Shown here piece by piece: positions 12,264-24,073 of a stretch of 64,000 nucleotides of DNA. The stretch lies in NCBI RefSeq assembly GCF_006345805.1, contig NC_043014.1, positions 42,656,001 through 42,720,000 of the forward strand. The letters run 5' to 3'. Each line of letters starts with the position of its first letter. Position 1 is the first letter of the stretch. Origin of the DNA: Octopus sinensis. Its lineage: Eukaryota. Position numbers and translations under genes: made by a program. The notes below the pieces were generated by a model. It made no database searches, was not told the DNA's origin, and saw nothing but the letters and a program-made list of their open reading frames with translations.

Positions 12264-13080
12264 ATATTTATATATATATATATGTTATTTTTTTTTTAAT
12301 CTTTCCTATATCTTTGGCCTGCTTTAACGATAATTATGCTGGAAAGATTTCTTGAGACTGTAGCTAACCGATAAACAGATTAGATGGTTTATTCTTTGGA
12401 ATATTGATAAATTGTTAGATTGACAGGACAGGACAGGGGTAGAATTGAATGAAACTGGAGTGATGATAAATAGTAATAAAATGAAGGTGGTGCTTTTTTT
12501 TTTGTTTTTGTTTTGTTTTTTGTTTTGTTTTTTTTTTCCACTTAAGTACATAGCTGTAGATTTATTTATAGGCTGGGAAATGAAATTTGTGTGGTGTTCA
12601 TGCCATTATCAATAGGTATTAACTAAAATAAGAAAATATATATTGTTTGGTATGGCGTTTGAAAAAAAAGATGCTGAATACAGTGGTGGGGTACAGAAGC
12701 AAAGTGGTTAGTGGTAATCTGTCAGTTCAAAGGGGTGAGGCAGAGAGAGAGAGAGTAGTCAGTTTGTATGTCATGACAAGGAGACCCTAACATACACTTA
12801 TATATATATATATATATATAAATAGGGATGGTATTATTAAAATACCATCACAAGTGGTAAGTGAATTATCAGCCGTACAGGCAAATTAATAAAATATATA
12901 TATACAATATTAGACATGTACATATATACATAAGGTACATGAGTACCTATATCGCTAATGATAGAAGTCAAAAAATACTTCTGTACCACCGAATAGTCAC
13001 AAATCTATTACAGACAAGATAGGAAAAAATATCAGTGAACAATAATAATGTCTTACCTCAAATGGGTCAGAACAAGTAAA

Positions 13081-13138
13081 CCTGGTACCGGTTTCGAAAT
13101 TTAGCGCCAAATAGGTGCCTGATTTCTCATCAGCCAGA
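13081..13138 (-). ncRNA. Minimal type I hammerhead ribozyme, canonical core, inside a (TA)n-flanked PLE fragment (about 12821-13163)
   Basis: Minus strand tctgg CTGATGA gaaat...atttc GAAA ccgg TA ccagg: paired stems I and II, palindromic stem III, GUA triplet. Confidence 0.85.
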
Positions 13139-14107
13139 GTCCGCCAGCTAAATTACTACTAACATATATATATATATATATATTTATAAACAGTGGGCTT
13201 CTTTCAGTTTCCATCTACCAAATCCACTCACAAGATATTAATTGGCTTGGGACTATAATGGAAGACACTTGCCCAAGGTATCATACAGTGGGACTGAACC
13301 TGAAACCATGGAGTTGGGAAGCAAACTTCTGAACCATACAGCCATGTCTGCATCTCATTTATGGAAAAGCACAGAAAAATACAGCAGCACTTTGCCATGA
13401 TGAGAATAATTTCTGAAATTCACAAAATGTTAAACCGGTGCTAATCCAAGGGTTAATGACACAAGAAACGAAAATGCTGACGAACTGAAGTATCAATTGC
13501 GTTCCTTAGCAACTAGATTATTCTGATCAGGGCAACTGCACTAAACATAATGGTCGCATCTGTTGCTGGGGCCAGATTCCCCATGAAACGTAGCTATATT
13601 TAGTGAAACCATCTAAATCAGATATTCAATGACAGCTACTGACATTTTCTTTAAATAACCTGCTAGAGTTTTTAGCATTCCTGCTTTTTTTTTTTTTCTA
13701 GGTCACATCAATGTGGGCTAAGCCCTTAATCCAATACCAGCTTATTTGTCTGACTGTCAAGCAGATGCAACAACTCTGCAATCGAACGAACATTAATTTT
13801 CTCTTAATCGTTACGGCTTGCCGATACGGTTTATGATTAGTAATCGGCAAATGATGTGTGACAGGGTAAATACATTGATATTTAAAATGACAACATTGAG
13901 TGAAAACTATCAGTAAATCTCCACGGGGACACACAGACACACACACATACGTGCATGTACATACATGCATGCACACATATATTGATTCTTATTGATATAT
14001 ATATATATATATATATTTGTGCAACTCAGCTTTATGACAGGGTTGTCAAATTTCGCTAATCAATTCTGGTTTTGTGCTGTAAACTTTTTTTCATTCTAAC
14101 ACAGTAA

Positions 14108-14512
14108 GGCGCAGGAGTGGCTGTGTGGTAAGTAGCTTGTTTACCAACCACATGGTACCGGGTTCAGTCCCACTGTGTGGCACCTTGGGCAAGTGTCTTC
14201 TACTATAGCCTCGGGCCGACCAAAGCCTTGTGAGTGGATTTGGTAGACGGAAACTGAAAGAGGCCCGTCGTATATATATATATACATATATATAGTCGTT
14301 TGTGTGTCTGTGTTTGTCCCCCTAGCATTGCTTGACAACCGACGCTGGTGTGTTTACGTCCCCGTCACTTAGCGGTTCGGCAAAAGGGACCGATAGAATA
14401 AGTACTGGGCTTACAAAAAAAGAATAAGTCCCGGGGTCGAGTTGCTCGATTAAAGGCGGTGCTCCAGCATGGCCGCAGTCAAATGACTGAAACAAGTAAA
14501 AGAGTTAGAGTA
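14108..14512 (+). mobile_element. Full-length family A SINE
   Basis: GGCGCAGGAGTGGCTGTGTGGTAAG head through AAACAAGTAAAAGAG tail. Confidence 0.92.
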
Positions 14513-14669
14513 AACTGGAGGTTGTTCGTAGTGCTCTGTTATTCTCTGCTAGATCATTTATCGAGAGTTTGTTATATTCATTCACTTGTGTTGCACTTTT
14601 AGACCAGACAACATTACTTTACTTGACTGATAATAATAAGAAATACCGTGCCTGCCTTTTAGAATAGAA

Positions 14670-15017
14670 CTAGCAGTATTGCCCGGCGTTACTCGGGTTT
14701 GTAAGGGAAATAAGTATAAAGCATTTTTAGAGAGTTATAGCAAAAAAATGGGGGGAAAATTATGGTAAATTTTTTTTGAGAGTTAAAAAGGTCGAGTTGC
14801 GTCCCCTAGACAGTCTGTGCTTTGTGTTTCTGATTCTCGACCCCATGTCGAATTTATCGATTTTTTTCAGAAAATTTTTGCTGCATTAGTTTTGAATTAT
14901 GACATTGGGCTATGTGTGTGTCAAGTTTCATCAGAAACGGTTGAAAGCCGTGGTCAGGGTGAAGGTACAACCTAACAGACACGCAGACAGACAAACTGCC
15001 GTTTATATAGAGAGAGA
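14670..15017 (-). mobile_element. Non-autonomous Helitron
   Basis: Minus strand starts TC after A and ends with hairpin CCCG-AGTAACGC-CGGG then CTAG before T; no TSD. Confidence 0.8.
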
Positions 15018-15304
15018 TGATTGTCAATAGAACAAGGCAACCAAATTTGTTAAAAAGTCTAGCACCTAAAATATCCAAACGCAAATTTTCAAAAGCAAAA
15101 GTTAAAAATTAATTACCTGAGGAATTTCAACCGTGTTTCGTGGTCTGCTACCACAACAGCTCCTTTATAGGATCCAGTTAGCTCAAGACATCATCAGGAG
15201 GAACCACGTCCAGTTTCGATCCTACTCCTCTACCGTTTTGACGTGACGGGGCCCCCCCTTTCGGAGGTGTCTTCAGCTCCGAAAGTGTTGGTGTTGGGTG
15301 CATG

Positions 15305-15500
15305 TCTTCTTCTTCTTCTTCTTCTTCTTCTTCTTCTTCTTCTTCTTCTTCTTCTTCTTCTTCTTCTTCTTCTTCTTCTTCTTCTTCTTCTTCTTCTTCT
15401 TCTTCTTTCTTCTTCTTCTCCTTCTTTCTTCTTCTTCTTCTTCTCCTTCTCTTCTTTCTTCTTCTTCTTCTTCTTCTTCTCCTCCTCCTCCTCCTCCCTT
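15305..15500. repeat. (CTT)n/(CCT)n microsatellite
   Basis: Directly visible trinucleotide tract. Confidence 0.95.
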
Positions 15501-15928
15501 CAATGTAGCATCAATGAGTGTCAACATGAAAACTGATTAAATACAAAACCTTAATGGTAAATCTCCAGCTTCTCTGCATTGATCATTGCCGTTTCCTGGA
15601 TGTTGTTTAGCTCCAAGCCAGACTTGGTTGGATAAACCTCAGGAAAACAACAGCATTATCCAACGTCTCCTCAGTTTTTAAGATGGTGTTTGGTTTGAGG
15701 AAGATTTGGGTGCTATTTCTTGCAGATCAAGTAATGCCATATAGTGTGGGCTTTATTTATTTATTAGCATTGTCATGTTTCTAAAAACTTTGGTTTCAAG
15801 TTTCTTCCACAGTTTTGGCAAATTCTTTTTCTCTACAATTTATGGCATCAAGAAAGAATTAGAGAGACAGTCATACTTTTCCCAAAAGCATTAGGAGCAC
15901 AGCTTATTCAAGTGAAAGCAAAATAGGG

Positions 15929-16358
15929 GGATCTTTTCAGTTTGAATGGCAGTTTTTAACATAATTTCTCGGTAACTAAACACTTTTAAACTTCGTATAC
16001 TGGTAGAATGTGTTTATAAAACATCTTTTTCTCTTGGCTTTATTGAGAAAATTCTATAGTTTGTAAGATATTTGTTGTTTTTTTTTCTTCAATTTCTGCA
16101 ATTTCAACCAATCTCTGATGTCAATTGAGGTATAAAAAAAAACATTCTGTGCCATATGAATATGTCCCTCGTTTAAGAAACAGATTGGGTTTATTTACAT
16201 TTGTGAAGAAAAAAAGATACCCTTCCCCCCAACCCCTAACCCAAACCCTAACCTTAAAACAGATTGAAATGCAATAGATCGATACTAGGGTCATAATTAT
16301 GGGTGACAATTTCATATGACACCACTAGAAAAAACTGCCATTCAAACCGAAAAGATCC
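15929..16358. mobile_element. 430-bp MITE with 28-bp TIRs and 8-bp TSD (Merlin-like)
   Basis: TIR GGATCTTTTC(A/G)GTTTGAATGGCAGTTTT; TSD AAATAGGG at 15921-15928 and 16359-16366. Superfamily inferred from GG termini and TSD length. Confidence 0.85.
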
Positions 16359-16880
16359 AAATAGGGTTGTGTACTTGGTTTATAAAGATCCAGTGAACAT
16401 TGACTTCATTATCCAATGTGTTTCCTCTTTTTTCAAAACCGTAGGGTGTAATTTGAGGAAGATTTGACTCCTAATTTTTCCAAATTGATTGAATACGTAA
16501 TGTCTTCCTTGTTGACTCATTGGAGTAGATTTAGTCAACTTCTTCTGACCTTGTGATCTAGAGAGTATAAATAACCATGTTTGTGAGCTGATATAAACAA
16601 TGGACCACCAGGCTAGATTGCCTAGGAGTTTCTATTTCAGGGCCTCGCGTGTCTGTGTTCAATTCCTACCATTATCAATATTGAAGTTGGTGGTATCGTT
16701 TATTCTCGGGTCAACCCTAATCAAGAGAATATCTGATCAAAGGTTATCTTAGTACTGATATTCCTATCTTTTTTAAGAGAGTTTTCACTGCTATTTCTAG
16801 CAACTGTATAACAGATCCTTTATTGGCTCATCATTATTGAGGTCTAACAAACCAAAAGTACTTTAACATGTACTCCTTAA

Positions 16881-17100
16881 CCCTTTTGTTACTGTATTTA
16901 TTTTGAGATGCTCTGTGTTTCTTTCAATTACTTTAAATATAACAAAGAATTTAGTAAAATAACTTTGTTATCATTCAGCTAGTATTAGGAACATAAATTG
17001 TGACTAAGGTTTGGTGGAATATTTTAATTCAAAACTTATGAAAACAAGACATTTTACCACAGAACCAAAGCCGGTTTTGGCCAGGTTAGTAACAAAAGGG
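16881..17100. mobile_element. piggyBac-type MITE (second family)
   Basis: TTAA|CCCTTTTGTTAC ... GTAACAAAAGGG|TTAA. Confidence 0.88.
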
Positions 17101-17256
17101 TTAATGTCACCCATAAAACATTTCACTCAATAATTCCAATTCTTATGCAGGTGACTTAAGTTGGGTCTTTTTTTAAAGATGGGGGTGGCTCATTTTCCCT
17201 TTTTTCTTCTTTATGGGTTGATGTTTAGTCCCAGGTTAGCTACGAGCCAACTATAT

Positions 17257-17535
17257 GGAGGCACATGGCCTAATGGTTAGAGCAGTGGATTTGCGGTCGG
17301 GGGATCGTGGTTTCGAATCTCAGAAACACCTAAGCTCCACACGGCTCCGGCAAAAGGTAATGGTGAACTTCTGCTGACTCCTTCGCCACAACTTTCTCTC
17401 ACTCTTTCCTCCTGCATCTTGCAGCTCACCTGCGACGGACTGGTGTCCCGTCCAGGTGGGGAACCTATACGCCACGGAAACCGGGAAACCGCCCTTATGA
17501 GCCAGGAATGGCTCGAGAAAGAACAAACTTTAACT
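17257..17535 (+). mobile_element. tRNA-derived V-SINE-like element (family D)
   Basis: A box TGGCCTAATGG, B box GTTTCGAATC, V-domain-like CCTGCGACGGACTGGTGTCCCGTCCAGG; flanking repeat TA(C/T)GAGCCAACTA. Confidence 0.8.
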
Positions 17536-17653
17536 TATGAGCCAACTAACTTGGGGCTAAACTTAAGGGTATAAAAAAAAAACATTACCACAGTGATCAG
17601 TCTGGCTTTCTATTTTCATTTTATCCTCAAGCAGTTAATTACATTATCTAAGA

Positions 17654-18050
17654 CTAGCAGTATCGCCCGGCGTTGCTCGGTTTGTAAGGGAAATAACTAT
17701 ATAAGCATTTTTAGAGAGTTATAGCCAAAAAATAGCAAAATATGCATTAAAAATGGAAAAAAAATTATGGTAAATTTTTTTTTTAAATCGTTGACTCATC
17801 GTAGACGTTTTTAGAGAGTTACTTCCCTTATATAATAGCGAAAAAATGCATTAACATGGAAAAAAATGATGGTAAATTTTTTTTTAAATCATAGACTCAT
17901 CGTAGACGCGCGCTAATACCCAGAAGGGCTCAATATGAATCACAACTATAAGATACCCGGTTTTGGTTAAACTGCACTGCAAAATGTGGGAGTAGTTAGG
18001 AATCTAAATCGTAGGAGATAGACACACAACTTCTCTTTTATATATAAAGA
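17654..18050 (-). mobile_element. Non-autonomous Helitron
   Basis: Minus strand A|TCTTTATATATAAAAG ... CCGAGCAACGCCGGGCGATACTGCTAG|T; 3' end shared with 14670-15017. Confidence 0.82.
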
Positions 18051-18481
18051 TGTCTCTCCACCTTTTCTTTTAGATGATAGGGTAAAGCCACTGCATTGAA
18101 AATCCCTCCTGGTACTACTATGTGAAACGTAGTAACATAATCCAGGCTTGGTTAGCTATCGTTTATACAGGACTCCAACACAGCTAAACAATCAATTAAT
18201 TGCTACTCGGCTTGATAAGCTCAATGTATCTTGTTAGCTTCTCCTCTCTGTCTGACGCTGGTATTTATTTTCTTCGCAGGAATCAAAAGTCAAAATCTAT
18301 TTCATAGAATTTCGTATTCAGGAATACACAGCCATGAAAAAGTCCAATCAGTTATTATTTATGCCAGTCTATTATGCTGCTATCAAATCACCAATTTTGT
18401 CTGACTAAACAAATGTTTTTCAGTTCAGGTCAATAAGGGAGTGCAAGAGTGGCTGTGTGGTAAGAAGGTGAGAGCTGGTAA

Positions 18482-19255
18482 GAGCTGCCAGAAATGTTAG
18501 CACGCTGGGCGAAATGCTTAGCGGTATTTCATCTGCTGCTATGTTCTGAGTTCAAATTCCGCCAAGGTCGACTTTGCCTTTCATCCTTTCAGGATCGGTT
18601 AAATAAGTACCAGTTACGCACTGGGGTCGATATAATCGACTTAATCCATGTGTCTGTCCTTGTTTGTCCCCTCTGTGTTTAGCCCCTTGTGGGTAATAAA
18701 GAAATAGGTATTTCATCTGCTGCTATGTTCTGAGTTCAAATTCCACCGGGGTCGACTTTGCCTTTCATCCTTTCGGAGTCGGTTAAAGAAGTACCAGTTA
18801 CGCACTGGGGTCGATATAATCAACATAAATCTGTTTGTCTGTCCTTGTTTGTCCCCTCTGTGTTTAGCCCCTTGTGGATAGTAAAGAAATAGGTATTTCA
18901 TCTGCTGCTATGTTCTGAGTTCAAATTCCGCCAAGGTCGACTTCGCCTTTCATCCTTTCAGGATCGATTAAATAAGTACCAGTTACGCACTGGGGTCGAT
19001 ATAATCGACTTAATCCGTTTGTCCTTGTTTGTCCCCTCTGTGTTTAGCCCCTTGTGGGTAATAAAGAAATAGGTATTTCATCTGCTGCTATGTTCTGAGT
19101 TCAAATTCCACCGAGGTCGACTTTGCCTTTCATCCTTTCGGGGTCGATTGAATAAGTACTAGTTACACACTGGGATATATATACTCGACTTAATCCGTTT
19201 GTCTGTCCTTGTTTGTCCCCTCTGATATTGTCCTTTGTGGGTAGTAAAGAAATAA
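18482..19255 (+). mobile_element. tRNA-derived SINE (family B, Meta-domain-like) as one head plus four tandem units of about 183 bp
   Basis: Units start GGTATTTCATCTGC at 18523, 18707, 18892 and 19072; B box GAGTTCAAATTCC; GCCTTTCATCCTTTCGGGGTCGAT core. Confidence 0.88.
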
Positions 19256-19612
19256 GAAGCTTTCTTCCCAACTGCATGGTTCCAGGTTCTGTCCCACTGT
19301 GTGGCACCTTGGGCAAGTATCTTCTACTATAGCCTCAGGCCGACCAAAGCTTTGTGAGTGGATTTGGCAGATGGAAACTGAAAGAAGCCTGTCGTATATA
19401 TTTATATTTGTGTCTGTGTTTGTCCCCCCCACCATCGCTTGACAGCCGATGTTGGTGTGTTTATGTCCTACATAACTTAGTTCAGCAAAAGAGACTGATA
19501 GAATATGTACTAAGCTTATAAAGAATAAGTCCTGGGGGTCGATTTGTTTGACTAAAGGCAGTGCTCCAACATGGCCACAGTCAAATGACTGAAACAAGTA
19601 AGAGAAATAAAA
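19255..19612 (+). mobile_element. Family A SINE (remainder after the family B insertion)
   Basis: Head fragment at about 18445-18466 resumes at AAGAAGCTTTCTTCCCAAC. Confidence 0.8.
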
Positions 19613-20507
19613 GAAATGGTCTTTTGAATCACTAACAATAGCAACCAAATCTTCCTGAAATCACACTTTGCTACCTTAAGAAGTGAAGACCACACACTGA
19701 GAAGTCTAGTCTCTTCCCCTGTACCTATGCTTATGTAGTCTCTTTGATTATTATGCTATGTCTAGGTAATGAGCTGACAGAATCGTCAGTCAAATGCTTA
19801 GTGGCACTTCGTCCATCTCTTTATGTTCTGTGTTCAAATCCTGTCACGGTCGGCTTTGCCTTTCATCCCTTCAGGGTCGATAAAATAGAGTTCGAAGCAA
19901 GCATTGAGGTGAATATAATCAACGTATCCCCTTCCTGTTCAGGGAGAATGCGGTGATTCTCAGTTACACATATGCCATGGAAAGTGGGAAAATGGCCTTA
20001 TGAGTTTGAGGGGTCAAGAAAAATAAATAACTAAAATTTCTTAATATTTGTCTGTGGAGTGGGGAGGAACAAGTTGGTTATGGCCAGAGTGCCTTTGATC
20101 AAAGGTCTGCCCAGTGTGTACTGACAAAGAATAATTAATAAACCAGAATTTTTTTTTTTTTGGTTTTCTTTTTATGTTTTTAGTTGGTACATTCTGTGAA
20201 GAAAACCTTGTCTAAGGAAGAGTAATTCTTAAAATACTTGAGGCTCTTTAACAACTCGAGAGTGTCAGATATCTGCCCTGATTTGTCATGATCTCTCATG
20301 TTCTGTCAATCTACATTCCATACACTATTCATTGTTATGTATGAGTTATGTTTTGAAAAGTGCTGATAAAATCTAGTCAAAAATTTTGATTAGTTTATTT
20401 TGAATTTCCTAAATTCATCCCTCCCCTACCTCTCTGCCCCTTATCCCTTCTCTCTTTCTTTCATTTAAGTTGTGCTATAAAATCATATTGATTACACACT
20501 TATATAG

Positions 20508-20555
<48 letters not shown>

Positions 20556-20900
20556 ATGTTTTTTCCTTCTTTCTTAAAATTTTCTTCCGTTTCTCGCCGA
20601 GTGTTTTCCATACACCTAGGGCAGAGCCATACACCTAGGACAGAGCCCATATACCTAGGGCAGAGGACATACACCTAGGGCAGAGCCATACACCTAGGGC
20701 AGAGCCATACACCTAGGGCAGAGGACATACACCTAGGGCAGAGCCATACACCTAGGGCAGAGCATACACCTAGGGTAGATCATACATTTAGGGCAGAGCC
20801 ATACACCTAGGGCAGAGCCATACACCTAGGGCAGAGCATACACTTAGGGCAGATCATACATTTAGGGAAGACCATACACCTAGGGCAGACCATACACCCA
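20556..20900 (-). mobile_element. Dong/R4-like LINE 3' tip in (TAA)n with a 19-nt tandem array
   Basis: 20556-20626 is the reverse complement of about 33007-33075; followed by about 15 copies of CCATACACCTAGGGCAGAG; (TTA)n on both sides. Confidence 0.75.
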
Positions 20901-20903
20901 TTA

Positions 20904-20936
<33 letters not shown>

Positions 20937-21498
20937 CATTATTATTATTCATGCAGTCACATAAATCTTCACAAAGGTTGCATATCTAAACCAGGATTGA
21001 CATTGTAGATTAACAACCTCATCCTCGATGCTTACACATTGTAAACAGTAACAGCTACCGAAGATATCCTTGAGTAATACAATTACCGCAAGAAAAACCA
21101 GTGGTCATGAGGGACGCCCTACCTACTGGTAAAAGCTGGAGCCTTGATGTAAGCATCAAAGAAAGTCTTTGCGAAGAAAAAAAAAAAAAAATTCAAAATG
21201 TAACTTACCTCACGAGGCCTTAAAAGTGAATTTTATTTTTGTTTTCTAGAGTTTTGGTTTGACCTTTATTAAATGTGAAAACCATTTCCAAATGCCATCC
21301 GAGTGGTGTGCTTTTACATTGTTAATCTGAATCGCTAATGCCCTCACTCTCTGTGTCTCTTAATTGAAAAACCCTACCCATTTTGGTCATCCCAGGCTTC
21401 ACCTTTTTAGCTATCACCTTCTCTCCGTCTCTCTCTCCCTCTCTCTCTCTCTCTCTTCTCTCCTTCTCCTCTCTTTCTCTCTTCTCTCTCTCTCTCTC

Positions 21499-21530
<32 letters not shown>

Positions 21531-21556
21531 CCTCTATATTATCTATATAATATAAA

Positions 21557-21592
<36 letters not shown>

Positions 21593-21751
21593 GTAATATA
21601 TTTATGTATATATATATATGTATGTTATATATATTATATGTGTATATATATATGTATATATATAATATGTAGTATATATAATTATGTATGTATATATTTA
21701 ATGTATATATATATAATATGTGTATATATATATATATGTATGTATATATAT

Positions 21752-23240
21752 ATCATCATCATCATCATCATCATTTAACGTCCGTTTTCCATGCTAGTAT
21801 GGGTTGGACAGTTCAAACTGGGTCTGGGGAGCCCGAAAGCTGCACCAGTCCAGTCAGATCTGGCAGTGTTTCTACAGCTGGATGCCCTTCCTAACGCCAA
21901 CCACTCCCGAGTGTAGTGGGTGATTTTATGTGCCACCGACACAGGTGCCACGAGACGAGGGCTGGCAAACGGCCACGCTCGGATGGTGTTTTTATGTGCC
22001 ACCGACACAGGTGGCCAGACGAGGCTGGCAGACGGCCACGCTCGCGGATGGTGTTTTTATGTGCCACCGACACAGTGCCAGATGAGGCTGGCAAACGGCC
22101 ACGATCGGATGGTGCTTGTTACATGCCCACAGCACGGAGGCCTTCGATGCGGTACTGGCTACGGCCACGCTCGGATGGTTTTCTTGTGTTACCACAAAGA
22201 TACAAATTCCATTGATGTTCATCTATTTTGATTTGTTTTGATTTTCACTTGCCCTCACAGGTCTTCACAAGTGTCACAGAAGGAAGGTATGCACAGGTGG
22301 ACTGACTACGTCCCAGGTAGGGGCCATGGGTTATGGCCTGACTAGTCTTGCCGGGTCTTCGGATGGTGTTTTTATGTGCCACCGACACAGGTGCTAGATG
22401 AGGCTGGCGAACGCCACGATCGGATGGTGTTTGTCATGTGCCCACCGCACTGACTACAGCACTGATGGATTTCTTGTGTGCCACAGGCACTGGTACCACA
22501 GATACAAATTCCATTGATGTTCATCTATTTTGTCTATTTTGATTTGATTTGATTTGATTTTCACTTGCCTCAAACCGGTCTTCACAAGTGTCACAAGAAG
22601 GAAGGTATGCACAGTGGACTGACTAGTCTTGCCGGGTCTTCGGAAGGTGTTTTTATGTGCCACGACACAGGTGCCAGATGAGGCTGGCGAACGGCCATGA
22701 TCGGATGGTGTTTGTTACGTGCCCACAGCACGGAGGCCGGTCGATGCGGAACTGGCTACGGCCACGTTAGGATGGTTCTCTTGTGTGCCACCGGCACTGG
22801 TAACCCCAAAGATACAGATTCATTGATGTTCATCTGTTTTGATTTTGATTTGATTTTTATTTTCACTTGCCTCAACAGGTCTTCACAAGTGTCACAAGAA
22901 GGAAGGAATGCACAGGTGGAACTGACTACGTCCCAGGTAGGGGCCATGGGTTATGGCCTGACGAGTCTTGCCGGTCTTCGATGGTGTTTTTGTGCCACCG
23001 ACACAGGTGCTAGATGAGGCTGGCGAACGGCCACGATCGGATGGTGTTTGTCATGTGCCCCACAGCACGGAGGCCAGTCGATGCGGTACTGGCTACGGCC
23101 ACTTTCGGATGGTTTTCTCTTGTGTGCCACCGGCACTGGTACCACAAAGATACAAATTCCATTGATGTTCATCTATTTTGATTTGTTTTGATTTGATTTT
23201 GATTTTGATTTTCACTTGCCTCAACAGGCCTTCACAAGGT
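21752..23240 (-). repeat. Family C element expanded into a higher-order tandem array
   Basis: Modules of about 60 bp (GTGCCACCGACAC...) nested in four larger units carrying GATACAAATTCCATTGATGTTCATCT (about 22199, 22501, 22811, 23149). Confidence 0.85.
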
Positions 23241-23748
23241 ATATATATATATATGTATATATATACATGTGTATATGTATATATATATATATATACATGT
23301 GTATATGTATATATATATTTATATATATATGTATATATATATATATGTATGTATGTATGTATCTCTTTAGAATCACCACTACCACAAGCCTCTCTGTGTT
23401 CCAGTCAGTTTTGGGGTTGTTTTTCTTTTTCTTTTTTTAATGCTAGTTACCAACACTATTACCATATAACCTTATTTGCCAACAATGATTTGTCTGAGTT
23501 CACCCATCCCTTACATAAAACGGCTAACCTTGCTCTGTATTTCCCCATAACTTGTTACATACAACGGCTACAATCACGATTGGTGTCATCGTGTGAATCA
23601 GCTGGAAATTTTTTTTTTGATTTTTATCCTTTTAATTCGACAGCCTTCAATCTTTACTACATTTAAATAACACATTTGTGGGTGCAGGCTCAGCTAAATG
23701 GTCAAGACGTAGGTGTAGGCATGGTCGTGTGGTTAAGATATTTGTTAT

Positions 23749-24073
23749 GCAATCAGGTGATACTGGATTCAATACCACTACAGGGCACGTTGGGAAAATT
23801 TATTTTATTATAAACCTTGGTTCAACAGAAGCCTGACAAATGAACTGCACTCGAAGAGGGCCTGTTTTTACTTCCTTTGCTTTTACTTCTCCTTGTCTCA
23901 AAGACCCTGCAAATCAGGTGATACTGGGTTCAATACCACTACAGGGTACATTGGGAAAATTTATTTTATCATAAACCTTGATTCAACAGAAGCCTGACAA
24001 ATGAACTGCACTTGAAGAGGGCCTGTTTTTACTCCCTTTGCCTTTACTTCTTCCTGTCTCAAAGACCCTGCAA
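23749..24073. repeat. Tandem duplication of about 161 bp
   Basis: AATCAGGTGATACTGG...CAAAGACCCTGCAAA repeated twice with few mismatches. Confidence 0.9.

Noticed and set aside
14108-14180. tRNA gene
   Set aside because: The A/B boxes belong to a multi-copy SINE head; no complete cloverleaf or poly-T terminator.
15135-15200. Minus-strand CTGATGA...GAAA hammerhead
   Set aside because: No stem II closing the two boxes and no stem I partner.
16231-16256. Interstitial telomere or chromosome fusion site
   Set aside because: Only about four degenerate units, inside a TSD-flanked MITE.
21010-21110. Plus-strand exon after TTGTAG
   Set aside because: In-frame stops; loosely resembles a decayed RTE ORF and is too weak to call.
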